Shown here: piece by piece, positions 19,242 to 27,577 of the stretch
How the letters are laid out: each line of letters opens with the position of its first letter
How positions within the stretch are numbered: the stretch's first letter is position 1
Assembly (NCBI GenBank): GCA_016218585.1
Contig: JACRDK010000004.1
Span: 21,347 to 85,346, forward strand
DNA: 64,000 nucleotides
Source of the DNA: Candidatus Doudnabacteria bacterium
GTDB lineage: Bacteria > Patescibacteriota > Doudnabacteria > UBA920
Reading direction: 5' to 3'
Made by a program: the position numbers and the translations under genes
Notes under the pieces: model-generated
What the model was told of the DNA's origin: nothing
Seen by the model: only the letters and a program-made list of their open reading frames with translations
The model's database searches: none

Positions 19242-19437
19242 CACCGTTACCCACCCAAACGCAAAAGGGCGCCCCGTCCAATTCGGACGTGTGGCGCTTT
19301 TTTCTTTACCTCTAAATATTTTACTTGTCTAAGACTTTCCAATTTATAAAAAAATAGACAAGCTTTGTACAATGACTATATAGCTACAAATTCCACTCAT
19401 TCACGGCCGTGAATGAGTGGAATTTGTTAAATTAGGC

Positions 19438-20046
19438 CTAAAAAAATGACAAGTTAAATACTTTTCCAAACAGCAAGACAACAGGCATTAGCAAATAACT
19501 TAACCAGCCTAAATATAAAAAAATTAAAACCAAAACAAAACCATACCGCTCTAAGGATAAGATTTTTTCCATCCAGGCATTTGGCGCCAAAGAAGCTAAA
19601 ATTTTGCTGCCATCAAGCGGCGGAATCGGTACAAGGTTAAATGTTCCCAAGACTAGGTTTATTAAAATAGCCTGAAGCAATATTGGATATGAAATTGAAT
19701 TGGTGAGCCCGAGTTTTATTGGAATAACAAACAAAATAGCCAAAGCAAAGTTAGAAAGCGGCCCGGCCAAACTCACCAAAGCCATGCCCAATTTTGGTTT
19801 ACGCAAATTACTAAAATTTACCGGCACCGGTTTGGCAGCGCCAAAAATAATTGGCGAATGAACGGCCAACAGCAGCAAAGGCAACAAAATGCTGCCCATT
19901 GGGTCTATGTGGGGAATTGGATTTAAAGTAATCCTCCCCTCTTCCCTGGCAGTATCGTCACCCAATCTTTCCGCCATTAAACCATGGCTCACTTCGTGAA
20001 CAATAGCGGAAAACAATAAAATTATTAGAATTATTACTATATCCAT
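19438..20046 (-). CDS. M50-family (site-2 protease-like) zinc metalloprotease
   Basis: HEVSHG HExxH motif inside a TM segment; polytopic membrane protein. Confidence 0.7.
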   Translation of the reverse strand: MDIVIILIILLFSAIVHEVSHGLMAERLGDDTAREEGRITLNPIPHIDPMGSILLPLLLLAVHSPIIFGAAKPVPVNFSNLRKPKLGMALVSLAGPLSNFALAILFVIPIKLGLTNSISYPILLQAILINLVLGTFNLVPIPPLDGSKILASLAPNAWMEKILSLERYGFVLVLIFLYLGWLSYLLMPVVLLFGKVFNLSFF

Positions 20047-20229
20047 AAAATCATACTCTCATTTTATCATTCTAACATGCTAACATATTTTACCTCAGAT
20101 AATATTAGTATGTTAATATGCTTAAATGTTAAACTGTATTCCTTCTTGACCATTATAACAAACTGTGTTAATCTATACAAAGTTAGATTTTATATCTTAC
20201 ATCTTATATCATAAATCCTAAATTATTTT

Positions 20230-20403
20230 ATGCCCAGAATGTGCACAGTATGCGGCAAAACTTATTCCCGCACTATAAAACGCTCTCACAGTATGCGCCC
20301 TTCTATTGTTAGACTTTTACCAAATTTACAGTATACGGTAATTGGCGGCAAAAGAGTAAAGGCTTGCACCCGCTGTATTAAGACGAAAAGCAAGAGCAAA
20401 TAG
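20230..20403 (+). CDS. rpmB: 50S ribosomal protein L28 (57 aa); absent from the ORF track because it is under 60 aa
   Basis: Manual translation MPRMCTVCGKTYSRTIKRSHSMRPSIVRLLPNLQY... matches the L28 signature (C.V.GK...SHS...R.F.PNL). Confidence 0.7.
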   Translation: MPRMCTVCGKTYSRTIKRSHSMRPSIVRLLPNLQYTVIGGKRVKACTRCIKTKSKSK

Positions 20404-20410
20404 TTTAAAT

Positions 20411-20447
20411 TAAAATCCTCTCCCGTTTATGGGAGAGGATTTTTTTG
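20411..20447. terminator. Bidirectional rho-independent terminator
   Basis: AAAATCCTCTCCC...GGGAGAGGATTTTTTT. Confidence 0.65.
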
Positions 20448-20451
20448 TTGA

Positions 20452-21486
20452 TTATTTTAAAACAATTTTACTCTCTTTATCTTGCGGCACCAGCTCTATC
20501 CAAATTGGCCCGCGGTTAAAGGCAACCTCCTGGCCGGCTTCGTTATAATAATGAGTGCGGTTATTTTGCTTTTTCCAGGTTCCTATTATTTCTTTGCCAT
20601 CTTGCAGAATTATAGCCTTACCGCCGGAGTCCATATCTATATTTACATGCAATAAGGGGTCTTTAGGCACTGGGGTGACATTTACAATCTGTGCCACCAC
20701 ATTTTTGGCGGTAATTTGTTTTTTTGCCGCCTCATCCATATGGGCTTCAAAATACTGCAAACGTTTATAGCTATTTGTTAGCGCATCGTACTGCCAGCCA
20801 ACTTCATAGCCGGCGCGGGAGAAATCAATATTCAGCTCTTTTGCGGTTGCCATATCTGCCGGTTGATCACTTTTAAATTTCCAAGCGGTATAAATAGCGG
20901 TGTTGGAAAAGTCGTGAAATTTAATTAGTTCGCGCAACTTTTCCACCGAAGTAAAAATATGGTGCGGTTGAGGCTTATAATTATTGCGAGGGAAAAAATC
21001 AAAATTATAATATTCGTTGGCGTCGCTTAAATTTTTAAAATAATTATTTTTCAACTGATTTATAACTTCGTTCGAACCGCCAACGTGGGCAAACAACGCG
21101 CCCCACTCGTCGGCGATTTCCGCAAAATATTCACGCGCGCTCCTAACCGGGCCAATTGCCTTGGCCTGGCTTGACTGGAAAATGGCCAAAAATCTGGTAA
21201 TGCCGCCTTCGGCCAAAGTTTCGTAAACCACATCTGCCGAAGACAAACCGGACTGCGGCCGTGCGTCGGGATGGTTTTCTATAATTACCGCCAAAGGCCT
21301 TGCTGCGGCAAGCTCTTTATTTACAGGCACTCCGTTAATTGCCTCAAGCTTTTCCTCGGCCTGTTGGTTGCCGGCAGCCTGAACATTTTGAGAGCTTTGA
21401 GGGTTTGTTTTTTTACGCCAAAAAACCCCGACCAAAATAGCCGATACTAAAATTAATATCGTAAAAATTAAAACAATTTTTTTCAT
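20452..21486 (-). CDS. Secreted or lipoprotein-like hypothetical protein (DUF3048-like)
   Basis: Signal peptide and TM at the N-terminus; resemblance to YerB-type DUF3048. Confidence 0.45.
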   Translation of the reverse strand: MKKIVLIFTILILVSAILVGVFWRKKTNPQSSQNVQAAGNQQAEEKLEAINGVPVNKELAAARPLAVIIENHPDARPQSGLSSADVVYETLAEGGITRFLAIFQSSQAKAIGPVRSAREYFAEIADEWGALFAHVGGSNEVINQLKNNYFKNLSDANEYYNFDFFPRNNYKPQPHHIFTSVEKLRELIKFHDFSNTAIYTAWKFKSDQPADMATAKELNIDFSRAGYEVGWQYDALTNSYKRLQYFEAHMDEAAKKQITAKNVVAQIVNVTPVPKDPLLHVNIDMDSGGKAIILQDGKEIIGTWKKQNNRTHYYNEAGQEVAFNRGPIWIELVPQDKESKIVLK

Positions 21487-21489
21487 AAT

Positions 21490-21675
21490 TTATATAACTT
21501 CGGCGTCTTCGGCTTCTATGGTCGTATTCGGATGCTCGTAAGCCTGTTCGTGATGCCCGTCGCCGCAATGGCAAACCGTCAGCGGCTGGTGGTACTTAAT
21601 ACAACTTTGATTGTTGCAGGTACCCGGGATTTCCGAATACTCACCGCATCCGCCAGTGCAAATGTAGTGGGTCAT
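21490..21675 (-). CDS. Small Cys/His-rich hypothetical protein
   Basis: CTGGCGEY...CNNQSC...CHCGDGHH. Confidence 0.35.
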   Translation of the reverse strand: MTHYICTGGCGEYSEIPGTCNNQSCIKYHQPLTVCHCGDGHHEQAYEHPNTTIEAEDAEVI

Positions 21676-21683
21676 ATTTTATT

Positions 21684-22151
21684 TTAATTTTTAACTTTTT
21701 CTTTCCAGGACTCTAACTTTGCGCCAATATTTAATACCAGCGCAATCAACACTAAATTTTTAATTATATATTGCCCTTCCATAGTCGGGGTTAAAAATCC
21801 CTGCCAGGTAACCTGGGGCAAAAACAATAAAGGCATAAAGGTCGTCCCCATATGCAAAACAAAAAGCAAAATAGTCAGCCGGTCAAATTTGGAAAACAAA
21901 AATAAAATTCCAATTAACATTTCATACAAACTGAAAAAAATAATAAACTGGTGGAAAGACAAGAATGGCAAAGTTTTTTCCTGCAATTCCATAACCAACG
22001 GATTGGCCGGACTAGTATCTAAAATTTTCAGTATTCCAAACCAAAAATAAACCACAAACAAAGCAAACCGGGCAAAATGAGGGTGAAATTTCCTAAAAAA
22101 GCTAATTAAACTATGGTCAAATTCTTGTAATTTTGTGTTCATATTATGCAT
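21684..22151 (-). CDS. Hypothetical integral membrane protein
   Basis: Four hydrophobic segments. Confidence 0.45.
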   Translation of the reverse strand: MHNMNTKLQEFDHSLISFFRKFHPHFARFALFVVYFWFGILKILDTSPANPLVMELQEKTLPFLSFHQFIIFFSLYEMLIGILFLFSKFDRLTILLFVLHMGTTFMPLLFLPQVTWQGFLTPTMEGQYIIKNLVLIALVLNIGAKLESWKEKVKN

Positions 22152-22301
22152 TATGGATTACCCATATATTATAGCAAATAATTAAACGCGCTACTTAAGG
22201 GGTTTTATTTTTTAGGGATTTCTGCTAAACTATCCAAGAAAGTTAAATGTTTTACAAAAAAATATATTTAACGGGCTGTAGTTAAAATATTTACATCTAC
22301 A

Positions 22302-22375
22302 CGGGATATAGTATAGTGGCAGTACGCGTGCATGGGGTGCATGTAGTCCCGGTTCGATTCCGGGTATCCCGACCA
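22302..22375 (+). tRNA. tRNA-Pro (anticodon GGG)
   Basis: Manual cloverleaf: acceptor CGGGATA/TATCCCG, anticodon loop ATGGGGT, T-loop GTTCGATTC, 3' CCA encoded. Confidence 0.75.
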
Positions 22376-22419
22376 AAAAAAGATTACACTTTAGTGTGGT
22401 CTTTTTTTGTTTGTACAAA

Positions 22420-22900
22420 GTGAAAGCTCGCCGTCCGGGAAGGAACGGCGAGCTTATTGCGTGCAGCTGTTGCTGCGGTTGATGATGAGTCAGCCTTGGG
22501 CTTGCGCCGCGGGCTGGGATTTTCCCTCCGTTGAAAGCGGAGACTGACCATCTCGAGTCAAGAGCGCCTTACACTTGGTGCATTCAAACCCGTGTGGGGT
22601 TTCTGTGTGAACCCGTTCTTGATCGCATTGACAGCAAAACAACATTGCGTCCATTTGCCGCATCTAACGCTCCTAGGCGACTGAAGCCGCTTGTTCGAAC
22701 ATCCTTTGCAAGGTTGATTCCCTCGCTCTGCCGGAACGCTTGGATACCACCAAGCATCTCCAGCAAATCTTAAACGTACCGTGACAATCACGAACGCTGA
22801 CGAAAGTCCGAGCCGCCCTGGCGCAGTGTGGGCAATGCATCGCAGGCAACTCTTTAGAAATAACCTCATCAACCTCCATCTGGAGGCCAAAAATAACAAC
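22420..22900. other. GC-rich (about 55%) region without a credible ORF; candidate structured RNA of unknown class
   Basis: Abrupt composition shift. Overlapping ORFs in several frames translate to R/C/W/P-rich proteins. Many stems. Contains GACGAAAGTCCGAGCC, which resembles RNase P RNA CR-I. Confidence 0.35.
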
Positions 22901-23206
22901 CTGCACTTTTCAATCCCCCTTAACTCTTTAATTCTAACCAACAATACATTTCCGATATAATCAGAAAATAATTGCTATCTAGAATCCCATTTTAAAACCC
23001 TAAAGTTTTTAGCTTTAGGGTTAAGGTGTAAGAAATCTTTTGGTAAAAATCTGTAAACGCCTATTCCCTAAATAACCCTGCCAAAACAATGGCCTTAGTA
23101 AAGACCGGGAGGGTATTAATGGAATTGTGGCGAAAATTCATCATATTGCAATTATATTACAACTTTATGCAAAATCCGTCAAATAGATTTTTCCACAATA
23201 AAAAAA

Positions 23207-23242
23207 TTGGTCAAATTTGGACGATCGTCCAAATTTGACCAA
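23207..23242. repeat. 36-bp perfect palindrome TTGGTCAAATTTGGACGATCGTCCAAATTTGACCAA downstream of parB
   Basis: Exact dyad. The 15-mer ATTTGGACGATCGTC recurs at 14415-14429, and GGACGATCGTG overlaps the ribosome-binding site at 18365. Confidence 0.8.
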
Positions 23243-23257
23243 AATATAATCTTAAAT

Positions 23258-24229
23258 TTAAACAGTTAAATACGGCAAGCCGGAAGCTGACTGTTCCGTG
23301 GCCATTTTGTGAACCAAGTCAGAAAGCTCCTCATCGCTAAAGAACTCAATAGTAATTTTTCCGCCCTGGCCTTGGCGCTGAATTTTCACCTGGGTACCAA
23401 GCTTGCCACGGAGTTCTGTTTCCAGTGCCATTAACTTTGGATCCGGAGCGGCTGAGTCCATTTGCCTCTTGGTGGTAAGCTCGCGAACCTTAGCTTCCAC
23501 TTGGCGGACATTTAAATTCTGTTCCTGCACCATTTTATACATTAACAGCATTTTTTCGGGGTCGAGCAGGCCTAAAATTGCGCGGGCGTGCCCTTCCATA
23601 ATTTTACCTTCAATAACGCCACGCTGAATTTCCGCCGGCAAGTTTAACAAACGCACGGTATTGGCAACTGCCGGACGGCTCTTACCGACCTTCTTAGCTA
23701 CCTGTTCCTGCGTCATATTAAAAGTCTTCATTAGCCTCTCATAGGCTTGAGCTTCTTCAATCGGATTCAATTCCTGGCGCTGAATATTTTCAATAAGAGC
23801 AACTTCCAATTTCGTCTGGTCAACCATTGCGTCTTTAATAATAGCAGGCACCAATTGCATACCGGCTAATTGGGAAGCGCGAAAACGCCTTTCCCCTACC
23901 ACTAATTCATACCCAATTGGGGTTTTAGTAACAACTAACGGCTGAATGACGCCATGTTCTTTTATGGAATCGGCTAATTCTTTTAATGCAGCGGGGTCAA
24001 AAGTTTTTCTTGGCTGAAAAGGGTTTGGGGCAATTTTTGCCACTTCAATTTCCTGAATCTGAGCGTCTGCATAAGACACCCTGCCCTGCTCCGGCGTAAC
24101 CTGAGGCATTGGCACCGGCGGATTTACTATCGCATTTTCGGCAACAGCCACAGGGCTGGCAGAAGTTGGCAGCACTGACCCGTCTAAAGACTGAATTGTG
24201 ATTTTTGGTTGAGAGTTTATTTCGTCCAT
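23258..24229 (-). CDS. parB: Chromosome partitioning protein ParB/Spo0J with an N-terminal extension
   Basis: GVIQPLVV...GERRFRA...HTH region. Confidence 0.85.
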   Translation of the reverse strand: MDEINSQPKITIQSLDGSVLPTSASPVAVAENAIVNPPVPMPQVTPEQGRVSYADAQIQEIEVAKIAPNPFQPRKTFDPAALKELADSIKEHGVIQPLVVTKTPIGYELVVGERRFRASQLAGMQLVPAIIKDAMVDQTKLEVALIENIQRQELNPIEEAQAYERLMKTFNMTQEQVAKKVGKSRPAVANTVRLLNLPAEIQRGVIEGKIMEGHARAILGLLDPEKMLLMYKMVQEQNLNVRQVEAKVRELTTKRQMDSAAPDPKLMALETELRGKLGTQVKIQRQGQGGKITIEFFSDEELSDLVHKMATEQSASGLPYLTV

Positions 24230-24453
24230 AAGTGTATTATTTACTTAAAAAGTCTATCAAATTTATGGCCCTAACGCAAACCTCCTATAACAATTCACTT
24301 TTCTGATGTTTGCCGTAGTCTGCCGATTTATCGGCCATGCAACACGGTTATAGCCTGATAAATCAGGCAACTACGACTACGACACCTTTAGGATACACCC
24401 TTGAGCCTTTACGGGTAATTTCTTTTCTGCTAAAATAAATTAGTTTTCAATTC

Positions 24454-24506
24454 GGCCGAGTGGTGGAATGGCAGACCTGCCTACCGGCAGGCAGGCACAA
24501 ACGACT
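24454..24506 (+). pseudogene. Partial duplicate of the tRNA-Leu 5' half (acceptor, D-arm and 5' anticodon stem), interrupted by the 20-bp palindrome
   Basis: GGCCGAGTGGTGGAATGGCAGAC + CTGCCTACCGGCAGGCAGG + CACAAACGACT are identical to the 5' half of the intact tRNA at 24759. Confidence 0.75.
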
Positions 24507-24520
24507 AATCTGTATAATAT

Positions 24521-24808
24521 ATGTACACAGTTTATGCTATAAGTAGCTTAACTAAGAATTACATATACGTAGGTCTAACAGATAATATTCTCAGGAGATT
24601 TACTCAGCATAATCAAGGCTGGGTAAAAACAACAAGAAGCTATAAACCTTTTAAGCTCTTATATACGGAAAACGTTCCTAACCGTATATCTGCTAGAGCA
24701 AGAGAGAAATACTTAAAGAGCGGCATAGGAAAAGAATTTTTAAAAAGTTTATTGATAAGGCCGAGTGGTGGAATGGCAGACACAAACGACTCAAAATCGT
24801 TCGCTTAA
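24521..24808 (+). CDS. GIY-YIG domain (URI-type) endonuclease, about 80-95 aa; the 3' end runs into the tRNA-Leu gene
   Basis: YTVYAISS...YIYVGLT...RRFTQHNQG...KLLYTE...REKYLKS motifs; TATAAT sits 4 nt before the ATG. Confidence 0.7.
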   Translation: MYTVYAISSLTKNYIYVGLTDNILRRFTQHNQGWVKTTRSYKPFKLLYTENVPNRISARAREKYLKSGIGKEFLKSLLIRPSGGMADTNDSKSFA

Positions 24809-24842
24809 CGGCATGAGGGTTCGACTCCCTCCTCGGCCACCA
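24759..24842 (+). tRNA. tRNA-Leu (anticodon CAA), type II with a long variable arm
   Basis: Acceptor GGCCGAG/CTCGGCC, anticodon loop CTCAAAA, T-arm GAGGGTTCGACTCCCTC, CCA. Confidence 0.8.
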
Positions 24843-24870
24843 AAAAACATCCCTATAACAGGGATGTTTT

Positions 24871-25398
24871 TTAATGGAGAACAATTGGCCAAATCCAACC
24901 CATCGCTACCCAGGCTGCGAGCAATCCCACCAGCCAGCCGGCTAAAATGTCCGAAATATAATGATACCCCAATACAATTCTGGACAGCCCATTAAAAATG
25001 GCAATAATTATTATTACCCCACCAAGCAACGGAAAAAATATAACCAACGGGGCCGCGATTGAAGCAAAACTCGCAGCATGATCAGAAGGAAAAGAATTAT
25101 ATCTCGCGGTGATATTAGAAAACAACCAGGCATTATGAGGCGGCACAAAATTTAACTTTTGGTACGGACGCTGCCTCTTATAAACCAAAAAAACCAGCGG
25201 ATTAATTATAATCCTCGCCAAAACAAAAGACACCAGCAACAAAATAAGTTCTTTATATTTTCCTAAAACTAAAAGATACAATCCGGCGGCGTAAATTAAC
25301 AACAGTGAATAAAGGCCAAAAAATACAACAATACTTTTCAGCATGGAATTTTCTTCCAGCTTTTTATGCCAACTCAAATATGTTTTATTGGATATCAT
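24871..25398 (-). CDS. PAP2-family membrane phosphatase; start uncertain
   Basis: KRQRP, PSDH and SRxxxxxHxxxD motifs. Confidence 0.7.
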   Translation of the reverse strand: MISNKTYLSWHKKLEENSMLKSIVVFFGLYSLLLIYAAGLYLLVLGKYKELILLLVSFVLARIIINPLVFLVYKRQRPYQKLNFVPPHNAWLFSNITARYNSFPSDHAASFASIAAPLVIFFPLLGGVIIIIAIFNGLSRIVLGYHYISDILAGWLVGLLAAWVAMGWIWPIVLH

Positions 25399-26204
25399 TT
25401 TCTTAGGAAGTAAACTGCCAAAATTAATGCGGTTAAAGCTAAGCGGTACCAAACAAAAATCTTAAAACCATGTTTAGACAAATATTGCAACAAATACTTT
25501 ATGGATAAAAATCCAAAAAAAGCGGCGGAAACAAAACCGACAATTAGCTCCTGAGTTGTAACCCCGGTATGAAAGTTTTTAATATTTGCCAAACCGGCCC
25601 CAAAAATTATTGGGATAGACATTAAAAAAGAAAATCTCGCCGCATCTTCGCGCTTAAAACCTAAAAACATTCCTGCAGCCATTGTGCTGCCGCTGCGCGA
25701 AACTCCCGGGATTATCGCCAGCGCTTGTGAAAGACCAACCCACAAAGCATCCATCCATGCAATTCTGTCTAAGTTCTTTTGCTTGGCGCCAACCCAATCC
25801 ACCCACCAAATAATTAGCCCGAAGGAAGACAAAGTTATGGCAATTAACAACGGATTTCTAAAGACGGTCTCTGCTTTTTGTTCAAGCAACTTGCCAATTA
25901 TTGCGCCCGGCACAGAAGCAATAATTAACAGCCAGGCTAATTTTTGGTAGATGTTGTTCTGGAGATTTCTGGTTGATTTAAACAGGCTATGCCAAAAACC
26001 TTTTATTAGCAACCAAACATCGTTTCTAAAATAAACCAAAACCGCCAGGAGCGTTCCCCAGTGGAGCGCAACGTCAAAACCCAAGCCCGGATCATTCCAT
26101 TTAAAAAACCATGGCGCCAAAATTAAATGTGCGGAAGAAGAAATCGGTAAAAATTCCCCGAGTCCCTGAACCAAACCTAAAACTGCTGATTGAAAAATTG
26201 TCAT
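25395..26204 (-). CDS. uppP: Undecaprenyl-diphosphatase
   Basis: GLVQGLGEFLPISSSAHL. Confidence 0.85.
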   Translation of the reverse strand: MTIFQSAVLGLVQGLGEFLPISSSAHLILAPWFFKWNDPGLGFDVALHWGTLLAVLVYFRNDVWLLIKGFWHSLFKSTRNLQNNIYQKLAWLLIIASVPGAIIGKLLEQKAETVFRNPLLIAITLSSFGLIIWWVDWVGAKQKNLDRIAWMDALWVGLSQALAIIPGVSRSGSTMAAGMFLGFKREDAARFSFLMSIPIIFGAGLANIKNFHTGVTTQELIVGFVSAAFFGFLSIKYLLQYLSKHGFKIFVWYRLALTALILAVYFLRK

Positions 26205-26221
26205 GATTTAACTTTTAATTA

Positions 26222-27472
26222 TTATTCCACCCCTGGAACCGGAAAGCGCAAAGCAAATTGTTTTACTTTTTCTTTAATTTCCGTTAGCTTATTTTCATCC
26301 GAACGGTTCATAAGAGCTTCGTCCATTAAGTCGGCCACGGTTTGCATGTCTTTTTCCATGCAGCCACGGGTAGTAACAGCCGGAGTACCAACGCGAATTC
26401 CGGAAGGATCCATTGGTTTTCTTGGGTCAAACGGAATCATATTCTTGTTTATGGATATACCAACATGTTCCAAACATTTTTCCGCTTCTTTTCCGGTAAT
26501 CTGCTTGCTTCCAAATAAATCTACCAACATTAAATGGTTGTCGGTGCCGCCGGAAACTATTCGGTATCCCTTGCCTTGCAAAGCGGTGGCAAGCGCTCGC
26601 GCATTCTTAATAATCTGCGCGGCGTAATTTGTAAATTCCGGTTTTAAGGCTTCTCCATAAGCTATGGCCTTGGCTGCGTTAATGTGATCATGCGGACCGC
26701 CCTGAACTCCCGGAAAGACGGCCTTGTCTATGGCGGAAGCAAATTGTTCTTTACACATAATCATCGCCCCGCGCGGACCTCTTAAAGTTTTATGGGTTGT
26801 GGTAGAAACTACGTCAAAATACGGTACCGGATTTTCTAATTGTTTGCCGGCAATAAGACCGGCCACATGGGCAATATCCGCAAAAGTAAACGCGCCAATT
26901 TTGTCCGCAATGGCTTTAAATCTTTTCCAGTCAAAATCCCTGGAGTAAGCGCTGAACCCCGCCAAGATCATTTTTGGTTTTTCTCTAAGAGCTATTTCTT
27001 CCACTTTATCCATATCTATGACTTCTGTTTCTTTTTCCGCGAAATACGGAATTATGGTATAAAGTTTTCCGCTAAAATTTAAAGGATGGCCATGGGAAAG
27101 ATGCCCGCCTTGGTCCAGGGAAAAACCCAAAACTTTATCGCCGGGGTTTAGCAAACCCATATACACGGCCAAGTTGGCCGGACTGCCGGAAAGAGGCTGG
27201 ACATTAACATGTTCGGCGTTAAATAGCTGTTTGGCGCGCTCTACCGCCAAACTTTCCACTTGGTCAATAATTTCATTTCCCCCGTAATATCTTTTTCCCG
27301 GATAGCCTTCGGAATATTTGTTGGTGAGAGTGGAACCCATTGCTTCAAGCACGGCACGGGAGACATAATTTTCAGAGGCGATTAATTCAATCCCCTCTTT
27401 TTGCCTCTGCTCTTCGCGCTTCATAATTTCATAAACCGCCGGGTCTTCTGTTTGTATTGTTGGATATATCAT
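26222..27472 (-). CDS. glyA: Serine hydroxymethyltransferase
   Basis: Full-length SHMT including the TTTHKTLRGPRG motif. Confidence 0.95.
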   Translation of the reverse strand: MIYPTIQTEDPAVYEIMKREEQRQKEGIELIASENYVSRAVLEAMGSTLTNKYSEGYPGKRYYGGNEIIDQVESLAVERAKQLFNAEHVNVQPLSGSPANLAVYMGLLNPGDKVLGFSLDQGGHLSHGHPLNFSGKLYTIIPYFAEKETEVIDMDKVEEIALREKPKMILAGFSAYSRDFDWKRFKAIADKIGAFTFADIAHVAGLIAGKQLENPVPYFDVVSTTTHKTLRGPRGAMIMCKEQFASAIDKAVFPGVQGGPHDHINAAKAIAYGEALKPEFTNYAAQIIKNARALATALQGKGYRIVSGGTDNHLMLVDLFGSKQITGKEAEKCLEHVGISINKNMIPFDPRKPMDPSGIRVGTPAVTTRGCMEKDMQTVADLMDEALMNRSDENKLTEIKEKVKQFALRFPVPGVE

Positions 27473-27577
27473 TTTGGTAGATTTAGTAATTAGTAAATAG
27501 TGCTAAGTGAATAGTAAATCCAAAACTACCACTGAATAATAAGATATTTAATTTGAAAATGATATTTATTCATTTTG

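Noticed and set aside
22425-22470. Hairpin with a GUCCGGGAAGGAAC loop resembling SRP RNA helix 8 (GUCCGGAAGGAAGCAGC)
   Set aside because: It is a perfect 9-bp stem with a pentaloop and a single bulge. It lacks the symmetric and asymmetric internal loops and the AGCAGC strand that define the SRP domain IV.
22420-22900. tmRNA
   Set aside because: No tRNA-like 3' end (GGTTCGANTCC...CCA) or 5' GGGG acceptor half is present, and no tag-peptide reading frame ends in ...AA-stop on either strand.
22531-22944. ORFs of 60-128 aa on both strands in the GC-rich region
   Set aside because: They overlap each other in several frames, are Arg/Cys/Trp-rich with no domain-like pattern, and arise from a composition shift rather than coding. 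The region is better treated as candidate RNA.
23207-23242. The palindrome as a parS centromere site
   Set aside because: It does not resemble the conserved parS consensus TGTTNCACGTGAAACA. It is kept only as an unexplained palindrome.
24844-24870. Hairpin after tRNA-Leu (CATCCCTATAACAGGGATG) as a separate regulatory element
   Set aside because: It is most simply the tRNA transcription terminator (stem plus TTTTT); nothing further is supported.
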